From: Macrostomum lignano
Lineage: Eukaryota
Assembly (NCBI GenBank): GCA_002269645.1
Contig: NIVC01001368.1
Span: forward strand, 1-64,000
Length of the DNA: 64,000 nt
Reading direction: 5' to 3'
This document shows positions 13,351 through 28,451 of this stretch, piece after piece (the first letter of the stretch is position 1; each line of letters begins with the position of its first letter). Both the position numbers and the translations under genes were made by a program. A model generated the notes under the pieces. That model was given only the letters and a program-made list of their open reading frames with translations. It made no database searches and was not told the origin of the DNA.

Positions 13351-13762
13351 TATAACACATGAAAGCATATGTACCAGTATATGCAGAGAGCTACTTGAGC
13401 ACAAGACTCGAATGACTTGTTGGAGCCAAAAACGAATTCAGCAGCCATGATCAATAGTTCTGATCTAGTTTTTCCTTGCAATTCTCCTGAAAGCTCCAAT
13501 TGCAATTGAGAACAGTACATCTGAGCGCAGGTCCTGACGGTTGGTCAGTTTTGACTATACGAACAAATAATGAAGTCGAGAAAACAGGTTCCAAAAAATT
13601 TCATCCAACCAAATCGAAAGTCGCTAGACAGCGAGAGTCGCTATGGAACCGTGAGCTGCAATGTATTTTTTCCAATGATCAACACGTCAAAATTAACAAG
13701 CAGTCAGCGCGCTCAATTCGGCAGTGCTCAGTCCGGCCTCACTAAGCCCAGGTGCGCAAAAA

Positions 13763-16058
13763 TCACCAGTTGCCATCGGCGGCGGCAACAGCGGCGCCCC
13801 AATCGGCGATGCCGCCGGAAGCCGCCTGCTGTTCGAAGGTGGCCCCGCTGAAGCTGCCGACAGTGGCAGCCGGAGCCGTCACCGGCTCGCCCCAGTCCTC
13901 GGTGTTGGCCACGGCGGCTGGAGCAGCGGTGAACTCGGCACCCGGAGGGGGGATGGCGCTGGGCTCCACCTGCTCCTCCTCAGCCTTCTGCTCCTTCTCC
14001 TGCTCCTCAGGAGTCCGGTAGAAAAACAGGTCCGGCATCACGTCCCAGTCGGTGTCGTACGGGATCGTGCCGCGGATGCGGAGCACCTGTATGGTGGCAG
14101 CACTTGTGATCAGTACTTACTCTTGACATGATCTGTGTATACATGCACCCTGAGCACCAATACCTTGGCAAAGGCCTCAAAACCTTCACATAGCCCTTCA
14201 TACGAGCGTATTTTGACATACAGTTTGCCCCTTAGCGTAAATTTTGCCATAAATTTCACACCCAGTGATTTGAAACCGCCACGCCAAAACCTTGAAGCCG
14301 AATGTGCCAAGACCTCACCTGTCTGGTCAGCAGCCACCAGATGAGGCCGACGCTGTGAACGCCGACATTGTTGCAGGGCACGGCGAGGTCCACGTGGCGC
14401 AGGCTGGCGTCCGAGTTGCACAGCGCAATGACCGGCAAGTTCACGTAGCGAGCCTCGGTGATGGCCTGGTGGTCCTGGCGCGGGCAGCTCACGATCAGCA
14501 GGCGGGGCTCGCGGAAGGCGGCCTGCGGAATTGGTTAGAATTACGGGAGGTGAGAATTAGCTGGGCGGGAGAGAACCCGTAGGAGTGACAGCAGTGAACC
14601 CGTAGGAGTGACAGCAGTGAACCCGTACGAGTGACAGCAGTGAACCCGTACGAGTGACAGCAGTGAACCCGTAGGAGTGACAGCAGTGAACCCGTACGAG
14701 TGACAGCAGTGAACCCGTAGGAGTGACAGCAGTGAACCCGTACGAGTGACAGCAGTGAACCCGTACGAGTGACAGCAGTGAACCCGTAGGAGTGACAGCA
14801 GTGAACCCGTACGAGTGACAGCAGTGAACCCGTAGGAGTGACAGCAGTGAACCCGTACGAGTGACAGCAGTGAACCCGTAGGAGTGACAGCAGTGAACCC
14901 GTACGAGTGACAGCAGTGAACCCGTAGGAGTGACAGCAGTGAACCCGTACGAGTGACAGCAGTGAACCCGTAGGAGTGACAGCAGTGAACCCGTAGGAGT
15001 GACAGCAGTGAACCCGTAGGAGTGACAGCAGTGAACCCGTACGAGTGACAGCAGTGAACCCGTACGAGTGACAGCAGTGAACCCGTAGGAGTGACAGCAG
15101 TGAACCCGTACGAGTGACAGCAGTGAACCCGTAGGAGTGACAGCAGTGAACCCGTACGAGTGACAGCAGTGAACCCGTAGGAGTGACAGCAATGAACCCG
15201 TAGGAGTGACAGCAGTGAACCCGTAGGAGTGACAGCAGTGAACCCGTAGGAGTGACAGCAGTGAACCCGTACGAGTGACAGCAGTGAACCCGTACGAGTG
15301 ACAGCAGTGAACCCGTAGGAGTGACAGCAGTGAACCCGTAGGAGTGACAGCAGTGAACCCGTACGAGTGACAGCAGTGAACCCGTACGAGTGACAGCAGT
15401 GAACCCGTAGGAGTGACAGCAGTGAACCCGTACGAGTGACAGCAGTGAACCCGTAGGAGTGACAGCAGTGAACCCGTACGAGTGACAGCAGTGAACCCGT
15501 AGGAGTGACAGCAGTGAACCCGTAGGAGTGACAGCAGTGAACCCGTAGGAGTGACAGCAGTGAACCCGTACGAGTGACAGCAGAGAACCCGTAGGAGTGA
15601 CAGCAGTGACAGCCGGTGAATTACCCAGTTTAATAAGGATGTTACCGACTTGAAACTAGTCGCTAGAAAAGTGATTAAAACAAAGATATCCCCACAGCAC
15701 AGATCATAAAACAGCAAACCTGAATCTGGTTGGTGAGAGTTCCAGGCGTGAATCGGCCAGCAATGGGGGTGGCTCCGGTGTACCTGGCAAACTTGAGCAC
15801 AGCCCGCTGAGCCTGGGCAGTGCCGGCCACAGCGAAGACATCGGCCGGGTTCTCCACGGCGGCGATGGCCCTGGCGGCCAGCACGATCTTCTCCCAGGTC
15901 TTGCGGCAGTTGAAGACGCCGACGCCAGCCTTGGTGGTGCCGAACACGTACTGCTCCATCTGGTGGTCGGTGTTCCTGGAGCCGAGTTGGGCCTGGGCGG
16001 CCACCATGAGGCGAGCGTCCTCCGCCTTCAGGGCCAAGCAATCAATGCCCGAAGTCAT
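13763..16058 (-). CDS. RPSA: 40S ribosomal protein SA (uS2), 288 aa. Exons 15720-16058, 14319-14522, 13763-14086
   Basis: [42 protein letters not shown]|[26 protein letters not shown]; three in-phase GT-AG exons. Confidence 0.96.
14572..15611. repeat. 23-bp minisatellite in RPSA intron 1, ~45 copies
   Basis: Unit gaacccgta(g/c)gagtgacagcagt. Confidence 0.98.
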
Positions 16059-16579
16059 CGTAGCTGCAGCAGCGGGACAGGGCATTGCCGGTGAAGCATT
16101 CCGCCTTACACTCGCAGTGTTAAGCTAGCGGCTTGGATACAAAGACAGCAAGACCAAAACAAGGATCAGCAGTTGCTACAGCCACAGCAAAGCAGCATAT
16201 GCAAATTCAATTGTTTATTTGCTTAATCAACGGATTTGCAGTAAAAATAGCAAACTTTAGCGACACGGGCTACTGTTTCTGTTTTAAATCGACAGACTTG
16301 AAGAAGCAAAATGCTTCGAGTTCGCTGCTGATTGCGCAGGTGCAACAAGGGGAAAAGACGGCTCATCAAGACTCAAATATTTTAAACTCAATTAGCTCAA
16401 CTGGGCATTTCAGACTATGAAGGAAAAACTGGGCAATTACAGACAACAGCGGCCACAGCGCTGCAACTGCTATGGATAATTCCTTGCTTCATACTCGTAT
16501 ATTAGAGTAATCAGACCCTTCGCAACTGTGACAAGAGTGGGATGGGCAGGAAAGGAGAGGATGGGATTAAGAGAAGAGG

Positions 16580-17551
16580 CGCAGGATGGGATCAGAAGAC
16601 ACAGTATGGGGATCAAGAGACACGTGTACAGGATGGGATCAGAAGACACACTATGGGGATCAAGAGACACGTGTACAGGATGGGATCAGAAGACACACTA
16701 TGGGGATCAAGAGACACGTGTACAGGATGGGATCAGAAGACACAGTATGGGGATCAAGAGACACGTGTACAGGATGGGATCAGAAGACACAGTATGGGGA
16801 TCAAGAGACACGTGTGCAGGATGGGATCAGAAGACACAGTATGGGGATCAAGAGACACGTGTGCAGGATGGGATCAGAAGACACAGTATGGGGATCAAGA
16901 GACACGTGTACAGGATGGGATCAGAAGACACAGTATGGGGATCAAGAGACACGTGTACAGGATGGGATCAGAAGACACAGTATGGGGATCAAGAGACACG
17001 TGTACAGGATGGGATCAGAAGACACAGTATGGGGATCAACAGACACGTGTGCAGGATGGGATCAGAAGACACAGTATGGGGATCAAGAGACACGTGTGCA
17101 GGATGGGATCAGAAGACACAGTATGGGGATCAAGAGACACGTGTGCAGGATGGGATCAGAAGACACAGTATGGGGATCAACAGACACGTGTGCAGGATGG
17201 GATCAGAAGACACAGTATGGGGATCAACAGACACGTGTACAGGATGGGATCAGAAGACACAGTATGGGGATTAAGAGACACGTGTACAGGATGGGATCAG
17301 AAGACACAGTATGGGGATCAACAGACACGTGTGCAGGATGGGATCAGAAGACACAGTATGGGGATCAAGAGACACGTGTGCAGGATGGGATCAGAAGACA
17401 CAGTATGGGGATCAACAGACACGTGTGCAGGATGGGATCAGAAGACACAGTATGGGGATCAACAGACACGTGTACAGGATGGGATCAGAAGACACAGTAT
17501 GGGGATTAAGAGACACGTGTACAGGATGGGATCAGAAGACACAGTATGGGA
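16580..17551. repeat. 47-bp minisatellite between COA3 and RPSA, ~21 copies
   Basis: Unit caggatgggatcagaagacacagtatggggatcaa(g/c)agacacgtgt(a/g); begins about 14 bp past the COA3 stop. Confidence 0.98.
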
Positions 17552-17564
17552 TCAAAGGAGTGGC

Positions 17565-17822
17565 TCAGGCGGCCCTGTCGGCAGGCTGCTGCTGGGTGTC
17601 AGGCGGCAGGGTGGTGAAGTCGGGGTCCAGCGCCAGGTCATCCTGTCGCATTCGCAGCAGGGTGAAGGAATAAATGCCGCACACGAGGCCGCTCAGGCCA
17701 AGCAGGAGGGCCAGAGAGTGGGAGCGGCCGCGCAGGAACTGGCCGGCCCTGGCCCGGTTCATGCCGTCCATGCGCCGCATCTGGCTGCGGGCGAAGTCGC
17801 CGCCGGAGTCGCCGCTGCTCAT
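17565..17822 (-). CDS. COA3: Cytochrome c oxidase assembly factor 3-like, 85 aa, single coding exon
   Basis: Basic segment, then single TM LLLGLSGLVCGIYSFTL and MRQDDL, resembling COA3 [23 protein letters not shown]. GC-rich ORF. Confidence 0.75.
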   Translation of the reverse strand: MSSGDSGGDFARSQMRRMDGMNRARAGQFLRGRSHSLALLLGLSGLVCGIYSFTLLRMRQDDLALDPDFTTLPPDTQQQPADRAA

Positions 17823-17850
17823 TGCTGAGGGCTGCAGCGGGTTGGAATTT

Positions 17851-18148
17851 GCACTGGCACTGCTGAGGTTTATGGAGCACCAGTGCTAGCAGTAACTGGG
17901 CCCTAATTAACTGGGCCCTAATCCCGGCTTGTGCACTGGCACTGCTGAAGTTTATGGAGCAGCAGTGCTAGCAGTAACTGGGCCCTAATCCCGGCTTGTG
18001 CACTGGCACTGCTGAAGTTTATGGAGCAGCAGTGCTAGCAGTAACTGGGCCCTAATCCCGGCTTGTGCACTGGCACTGCTGAAGTTTATGGAGCACCAGT
18101 GCTAGCAGTAACTGGGCCCTAATCCCGGCTTGTGCACTGGCACTGCTA
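17851..18148. repeat. 67-bp tandem repeat, ~4.5 copies
   Basis: Unit tgcactggcactgctgaagtttatggagcagcagtgctagcagtaactgggccctaatcccggcttg. Confidence 0.95.
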
Positions 18149-18226
18149 AAGTAAGCGTGATACCAATTTTAAAGAGCCACTATAAAGCTAAGGAAATTGT
18201 TGCACTAGCTACTTATTGTCTGGTGG

Positions 18227-18540
18227 ATGCTTGCTATCTGGGGGGGGGTGCTTGCTATCTGGGGGGTGCTTGCTATCTGGGGGGGGGGTGCTTGCTATCT
18301 GGGGGGGGTGCTTGCTATCTGGGGGGTGCTTGCTATCTGGGGGGGGGTGCTTGCTATCTGGGGGGGGTGCTTGCTATCTGGGAGGGGGGTGCTTGCTATC
18401 TGGGGGGGGGGTGCTTGCTATCTGGGGGGGGGTGCTTGCTATCTGGGGGGGGTGCTTGCTATCTGGGGGGGGGTGCTTGCTATCTGGGGTTGTTTGCTAT
18501 CGGGGGGATGCTTGCAGTCTGGGGAATGCTTGCTATTTGG
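18227..18540. repeat. G-tract repeat (tgcttgctatct-Gn)
   Basis: About 13 units with G runs of 6-9. Confidence 0.95.
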
Positions 18541-19708
18541 GGATTGATGCTTGAGTGCTGTCTGGGGATGCTTGCTGTCTTGGGATGTTTTGTTTTTAGA
18601 GGGAATGTCTGTTGTTTTTTATGAAGGCTTTATTTCGCTGTCTATTTGTTATTTGTAAAGAACAAGGATTCTATCCAGATGTCCCCCATCGGGGGGCGAA
18701 GATTGCTAGTAAAGTTCTAAGAGCGGCTATTCTCCCTAGGCCTAGGGCTTCGCAGATAAAGCAGATTAATGACTCACTGAGGTTTAACAGCGCATTCACC
18801 AGTCACTGAGTGCCAGTGCCGCAGCTGTTTATATTTTATCACATTATGTTTATCTGTTTATCACATAGAAAACGACTGTCAACAAGTTTCAGTAAACAGT
18901 AAAAACAGCGGAGGGACTCAATAAACAGAGCTGTGTGATGAAGCGGTGCTGAGGGAGTGAAATTCCCACTGCTCATAACAATGGAATGCGGATTAGAAAA
19001 GCCAAATGAACGCTTACAGTAGGGCAGAAAGCATAAAATAATATGGCATGGATTCGAACTGCGGATCACAGACGGACAGACAGACAACGACCGAATAGAC
19101 AGAAAAGCGCTTGATAAACTTTGAATCGCTAACAGAGAGCTCAGAAAGAGGTATAATAATCAATCAGGTTGTGCAACATCGACAAACAGCGCAGACCTGT
19201 CCAATGTCGGATTCACAATAGTATTGCAGTTTGGGAACTGCAGCCGAGCTATTGGGAATTTCCAATCGTATTCCTTGAGGAATCCCGAATATATTATCTT
19301 GGGAAATCCCGATTATATTATTTCGGGGAATACCAATTATACAATTTAGGGAATCCCAATTATACAATTTGGGGAATCCCACTTATAATATTTGCAGAAC
19401 TTCCTACACGTACCCCAGAAAGGCTCGAAATGAAGCTTTTGATATTGAAACTTTGTGCGCAGCAAAAGCCGTCGGATGAATAATTCCCCTGGTAAATATG
19501 GGTGGAAATGTACTTGAAAGTGGCTCTGAAATGCTGCGAAACGAGCAGCTCTCAAAATAAAACGAGACGCAATAAAAACAAACAGACTAAAAACGGGACA
19601 GACTAAAGATAAGCTGAAAAAGACCAGAGAAAATTTGCGAATAGCAAAAGCGCCGAAGAGACCGGCGTAGCTTAATGGGCAGGTCGGGGCAGCGCAGGTG
19701 CTGGCAGG

Positions 19709-21395
<1,687 letters not shown>

Positions 21396-24390
21396 TTAAA
21401 AGATTATATTTTATACACTGTTCTGCTTTAGAGCTTTTAATTTTTCTAAATCCTAAATTTCAAAAAGGGTCAGAAATTAGATTTTCTAAATATTCAATCT
21501 AATATTTACAATGCTTGCTAGTAAATTACAAAGAACTTTAACTTTAAAATACAGTTAAATTCTTTGACTTAATGAATGGTGTTTCTAGTGACTTGTACAA
21601 GCAAAAGTTCAATAGGGTAATTCCACAAGTGGATGCTTTCAAAGAATGGCAATCTCCAGATTACACCTAAACTAATAACTCTATTATTAAAAAATTGCTG
21701 TTTCATAAGAAATATTCATGCAGAAAAAGCCTACTTTAACAAAAAACAATGAATATCTTTTCTATTCAATGTATGAAACATAAAGCTAAAATAAAACTTA
21801 ATTTCAAATTTCAATTGTTGAAAAATTGGGAAGCAAATCCTATACAACTGGGATATTAGAAAAATAAAATTATAGTGAGCAGCTATAGACATAGACTTTG
21901 AAATCACAAAATTTGAAGTCACAAAATTTAATTGTTTATAAATCTAATAGTTTTTTTATTGAATGTATGATATATTTAATAATATGAAAGAAATCAATAT
22001 ATATAAGATCAATATATATAATGTCTTATTTCATTTAATAAATTTAGTTAGCCTTGACAATGTTCATTATGGATAAAATATATTAGCATTGAAAAAACCT
22101 AATATAGTTTATGTTGGTTATTTATTTCATCTATTTAAGCCTAAGTTGGAAACTTCTTAAGCTGTTAAGCATTTTTGCAAAGCAAAGGTTTTAGCTACTC
22201 TTGCTAAATTAGATTTATTTTTTATTAAAACAATAAGTATAAGAAATAAAAAGCTAAATTGCAATGATACATTAGGTATAGAAAACTAGTTAAATAAAAA
22301 TTATATAAATGATATTACCAAAAATCCTTCTGGCAAATATGATCACTGATCACAATGCCTAGATCTAATAGGTAAAATGCATTACAGAAAGGCAAAATAC
22401 ATAAAATGTAACCCTTAAACAAAATTTAATTGCCCAATGAATGAATGCAATGATTGCTTCTATGATTTTATAAATTATTTTTTATTTTAATAGCCCAAGC
22501 TTTTGTCTTCAGAATTGAGATGCAAAAAGTCTTATAAGTTTTTTATAACTTATTTAACTTTTAAAAGTGTAACAATGTCACATTTATATTTTTTCATATT
22601 TTGTACTATATATAGCATAATATTATACATTGTACTTAGAGTTTTACTTTCCAATTTAGTGTTGATATATTTTTGTTAGCAATGTTCTAGCATTAAAACC
22701 CATTTTCTAATGGTTATAGATCTAACAGTCTTTTGTAGGCAGTTACGAGTATCTACTAATGAAGTATTTGAACATTAGAAGTATCTTGTTTTGAATCTTA
22801 TCATTTCATTTTGATCTTATCATGAACAAAATTTGAATATCAATCATAGTTCAAAAGGCAACATATATGCTGGGATATAACTAGGGTCTTACCATTTTTT
22901 AGCATACATTAAGGTATATTCCAGCATACATGAAATAGCAGATACATGGTATCAAATGATAAATTTCTGTATTGGTGCATTGTGCATAAACCTGGCATAT
23001 AAACAAGGTCTTATCATTTTTCTGGTATTAAACTCAGCATAAATTAATACATAATCCAAACTAAGAAGATCAACTACTTATTAAAAAATTAAAATGTTTC
23101 TACCATATTATACCTATAAATTGCATTACTGGAATACCACTACTAGATCTATAGCCATTAGAAAATGGGTTTTGATACCGGAATTCTAGTGTAAGCCATT
23201 GTCATTTTTGTTATACTATATAATTTATAGAAATCTAGCAGTATATAAAATGTATTCAAATCTATTTTATATATACTTTTCTCCCTTTCTCTCTCTTACT
23301 TTCACACTATTTAGGCCTATTATTTATGCTTCATTTTTATGCCCTTTGTCTCTGGTATACTTGCATATATTGATTATTTTTATTTGTACTGCTATCTTAA
23401 TTTAAATAATAAATGCAATGGCAATGCCATTATCAACCAAAATAAAAAATTGTCACAAAAGTAAGGTGTTTTTTTATTCAAATAAGATTTATCACATAAA
23501 GTAGAAAAAATACTAAAAATAACTCAAAATCTTACTAAAGAAGTCTCTATAATCATCTAAGAGGCTAAGATGGAGCATGTTATATATTATGCATATAACA
23601 TGACTACTTGGAAAAATGGTAAAGAGGATTAGATAAATAAAAACAGACCAAATTGAGGCCTATAACTTTGTATTAGCCTATTGGGTTAAAAATTATACCT
23701 TTGGATTACTAGATAATAGGCTTAAATTAGGCCCAGACTCTGGATGGTATACAAGTACGCCGGAAAATCCGAGCATATAGAGAGACCTAGAGTACACCAT
23801 TTGTATACAACTTGGTATACAGAAGGGCCTTGTGTGCCTTCTTAGCATACAGCTTGGGGTATAGAGTCAGATTGCTGAGACAGCAGGTGAGACCAAAAGT
23901 TCCAAGTCTCCATCAATCTATACAATTAGCATACAAAAATGATTAGTTTTACATTTGGCATAGTCTTTATGTATATAGTTATAGTAGCTAAATTTTTATC
24001 AGAAAGAATAGCTAGCCCTTTAGTAGGCTTTGTGAAAAAACAGATTTAAACTAAATTTAAAAACCCAGATTTAAACTTTTCAAAGAAATTAAAAGTAAAA
24101 AAAAATAGTAAAACTATTCTATATAGTTTATTAAAAATTTTATGAAGGTGTAGTGATAGAACACAAATAAAAAATTACCAATTTTAACACATCAATTTTT
24201 TAAATATTAAAATTTTGCAAGCTATTAACATTGGTCATAATCTGTATTTTTATTCTGGCATATTTTTGTATGTGAATGCGATAAAAAGTTTGTTAATGTA
24301 CAATGACGTACATGAACTATGGAAGCAATTTTAATTCTAGCATACAACAGTACATAATCCTAACCCTGGAATTAGGCTTCTTTAATTTTA

Positions 24391-25603
24391 TATTTTATAA
24401 AGGAAGTGCTTATCCCCATGGTCCCATGCCAATAATTCTAATTTTATCCATATGGAACCATATTGATAATTCTAGCTTATCTCCATGACAGCTTATTCAA
24501 GTCTATAGGCTGCCACCATTCAAGTGTATAGGCTGTGTCAATAATTCCAATTTTATTCACATAGATCCATGTTGATAATTTCCAGCTTATCTTTATATGC
24601 AGTTTATTGGAATAAAGAACCTTAAAATAAAATGAATTTATTCAAAAACTGTCTTTTAGCTACCAGCTTTGCTTAGAATGACTAAATGACCCTAAAATTA
24701 AGGCAAATAAGATTTGCAAAATTCAAAATATAATAATATTGATAATAATACTAATAATAATGACAATATTGATTTTGGATAGAGTTAGCAAAATATTAAA
24801 AATAAAATAACACTGTCACACTATGGCTTCAATGGAAAATCACACAACATTATAATAGCAATTATTTTAAGCTACACCAAATAGGCCTACATTACAATAA
24901 AAAAGACTAGAGGTTGGACAGGATTGAAATCTTCGGGTGGGATCGGGATCAGGAATAATTTTTTTCTCGGGATTTGGGATCAGATCTTTTAGTGTATCAT
25001 AGCTTGTAGGTCCATATAAAGTTAAACAAAATTGAGCTAAAAATGTCAAGATCAAAAAGTAGAATACTACAAAATTGATGCAAAGTTTTGTAATCAACAA
25101 ATTAATAATGTAATGAGTACAAGGTAAAACAAAATACATTAAAGTAATCACTAATTCTATAAATTTTTATTCAAAAGTTAATGTGTTTATGTTTCTCATG
25201 TTTTTTAGGGTCGGGATTCTAGTCCCACGGGAATCCAATTTTCCTCGGGACCTTGGGATCCCGAGATTTTGGGATCGGGATCCCGTCCAACCTTTAAAAA
25301 GACTATGTAGTCACATTTAACATCAGTACACAAAACTAAACACAAACAACTAGGCCTACACAATCTTAGCTATGGGGATAACTGGATAAGCTGGAAATTA
25401 TCAACATGGATCTGTGTAAATAAAATTGGAATTATTGACACAGCCTAATACTAATAAACTTGAATGGTGGCAGCTATTTCAATTTCAATAAGCTGCCGTG
25501 GGGATAAGCTAGAAATTATCGACATGGATATCCATCTGGAAAAAATTGGAATTATCGGCACAGGACCATGGGCATGGGGATAAGCACTTCCTTTTATAAA
25601 ATA
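24391..25603. mobile_element. Foldback-like structure with ~200-220-bp inverted arms (24391-24591 and 25385-25603)
   Basis: attttataaaggaagtgcttatccc...ccagcttatc is mirrored by gataagctgg...gggataagcacttccttttataaaa. Confidence 0.7.
24908..25296. mobile_element. hAT-like MITE nested in the foldback structure
   Basis: TIRs TAGAGGTTGGACAGGAT / ATCCCGTCCAACCTTTA; flanking duplication AAAAGAC (7 bp, or 8 with one A lost). Confidence 0.75.
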
Positions 25604-27027
25604 GGTCTCATAGATTAAACATATAGGTAAGACTATGGCTGGAGTGCCTATAATTAATTTCATCCCATCATTATTTTATGATATGAAAGTACTTTTAAAA
25701 CTAATTTCTTCTGTAACAAATGAAAGAAATGTAAGCCTGTCTCGTCACAACGCCTAACTAGGCGTCTAGGCCTTAAGATTAAGAAATAAAATTTCAATAA
25801 ATGGCAAATGCACAGATGTAGCATCCATATACTAAAAATGGTTTGTCGGTAGATAGGTATGTGATCGATCTCAGGAAAAACCGCTCAATTCATTTCCTGA
25901 TGCTCAATAATATTAGGGAATTATTAGGGAAATAATGCTAATAGATCATCATGATAATCATCATCATAAATTTGGCAAGGCTAAAAACATTATTTTAAAT
26001 TAAAGCGGTAACTAAACTGTTATAACAAATCCACTATAAATGATTTTATGCCATTTATTTTGCAAGTAATTACGTGCATCAGCACTAAACTAGACTAGGC
26101 ATAGTTTTACCGGAGAACTTTGGCATTGATTTTAGTGAACTTTTTAAAGACATTGTGGCGGTATTAAATCAACGAGGCGCAAAGGCTGTTGTTTTTAAGC
26201 CAATGTTGATTAATAAAGTTAAGAAAAAGTTGCGAAGTAGGGCGCAAGGTTGAAATTGTTCAATAGCGGGTGTATTATATTTATATATTTTTCCATGGAC
26301 TATTCCGGCAGAAAGAATGTTCTTGAAAGAGCTCGCGCGGGACTTCAACTCTATAAAATTTGGAATACATTACAATAAGATCGATACATGCAGGTAAACA
26401 TTTGCTAAAGCCATGAGATCCTAAAACAAGTAGATTTGTTAACATAATTAAAAATAGTGGTCACTTTTTGATAGATTTCAAACAGAATGTCGGTTTCGCC
26501 CCAAGAAATCCCCCAGGAAACTGCAACAGCCATCTACGAAGATTTCAGATGAGAGATGCATTTTGGAGAAGCCATTGCTGCATGTCACCAACAGCAGACT
26601 CAACCTTTATCCGCCACAGAACTCCATGCAGCATCCAGCAGGTGCCCTGAAGCGCCTGTACCTTCTTATCCTATTGCATGGGTGTTTATTTCACGTAAAT
26701 CTTTTCAGTAAGTCAAAAAGTTTTTTCGAATTTAGTTCCCATGACACTTTCAATAGCAAGTGAGACATTGACAAAACATTGTTTAGGCTAGTGGAACAAT
26801 CTTTTAGGAAACCTACATTCTACATCTACGTCTTCAGCCAATTAACCTTCTTGTTGTGTAGAATTGAGAGAAAAAAATGTACCCACTTTTTCTATTGATC
26901 GAGTTGACACATCTAGCGTTTGTATCTGGTGACCGGATCTGGTGGTTCAGGTCAGCTAACATATTTAGTGTCAAAGAGGACCAAATATTATCTTATGGTG
27001 TTTTTTACTGATCTATACAGTAAAAAT

Positions 27028-27414
27028 TTACTTTTTGTGGCGCCGCTTGGCGGGGCTCACTTTGTTTCCGCGTTCGCTACGCCTCGGCGCCGCCAGCACC
27101 TCTATTTCGGCGTTGGGGCTGCCCGGCCGCGGAGTCTCGGGCTCGACCGGAGTCTCCTCAGCCGCTGTCTCTGGTCCGCGCCCGGTCGCTTGCCCCTGCC
27201 CTGGCGTGACCGTCGAGTCGACCGGCAGCGGCCGAATTTGGTCTCGATGGGCGAGGACTGGCCGGTTGTTGTCGCGAATGATCACCGCCGTGTTGCTGCC
27301 AGCTTGGACCACAAAGCGAGCGGGCTCGGCCGTTGCCTTGGAGCTTGGCTGGTAAACAACTGGTGCGTCGACCTCGAAGGTCATCGTCAGTGGACTCCTC
27401 AGCTGTCGGCCCAT
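27028..27414 (-). mobile_element. Possible Ty3/Gypsy pol (integrase C-terminal) remnant
   Basis: VLAHRDQIRP, a Pro/Glu-rich linker and PRRSER resemble Gypsy integrase tails; no core domain or LTR seen. Confidence 0.35.
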
Positions 27415-28117
27415 CAGCGCCGACGGGCTGCCCCGGCCGTCGCTCCTATCTCTGACTCGCGTTGCGTATCTGCGTACTTAATATCTAGTGTTTTCATTAC
27501 CAATGTACTCGTACTTAGTGTGCACGCGCGGCACGTTGCATCTTTCTATTCTATATGCTAAAGCTTTAAGTTTGATCGCGCTGTACTCCTAATGTAGGCG
27601 GCATGTTGCCGTCGGTCATATTCAATATAATATAAAGGCCGGTTTGGCTACCAGTTGAAGTCTCGTATTCTACGCTCAGCTAAGAGCTCTCTCAAATAGA
27701 AAAGAGTCTTTCTTATTGCTACGACACGACACTTTTCATTACAACTCTAAAAATGTTCAACTTGAATGGGGCCGGTGTTATACTTCGGATATCCGTGTCT
27801 TTTACAAGTACTTTCTGATCTCCCCCAGATATTCCAAGCATCTTAAAGTATCCGGTTCGGATATCTCAAGCTGCTTTGCGTTGTCCGGGGTGCTTGCAGT
27901 CTCCCCCCCCCCCGCGGAAGCTTTGCGTTGTTCGGGACTGGAGAACGCAAAGCAGAGTCACATTTGTCTTACGATATCCGGCCGGAGACTGCAAGCGCAC
28001 GGAGATTGCAAAGCCTAACACCCGACACTGCCAATGGAGCGGTCCGCTCTCAGCCTCTGCGGCGCGCCATCTGACGCGCCCCGCTCTAACTGTGACCTTG
28101 CATGCGGGGCTGCGCAC

Positions 28118-28118
28118 T

Positions 28119-28171
<53 letters not shown>
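28118..28171. repeat. (TTG)n microsatellite
   Basis: About 18 TTG units. Confidence 0.95.
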
Positions 28172-28451
28172 AGTTAGTTAGTTAGTTATGCACAAATGAC
28201 AACTTACAACTGAGACGAGCGTATTCATAACGCAAAGTTATCGCCTGCCATTAATACAAAAATTATCCTTCAATTCACAACGTATTCTTAAGCATTTTTT
28301 AACGAAATTGATACATTAAGACAAAATATCGGGAACTGATCAGTGCAAGTAAGCAGCAAAAGTATGAAATTGTCGCATGCTTACAAGTCATGCCGAGGCG
28401 ATTATTTTGAGTGGATTTAACAAAATGAAATAGCACTAAAGTGTACCCAAA

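Noticed and set aside
14087-14318. Intronic snoRNA in RPSA intron 2
   Set aside because: No convincing C/D box pair with terminal stem, and no H/ACA two-hairpin layout by eye; snoscan/snoReport would be needed.
14572-17551. 23- and 47-bp arrays as CRISPR-like loci or long ORFs
   Set aside because: Units are directly adjacent with no unique spacers, there are no cas genes, and the context is eukaryotic introns and spacers.
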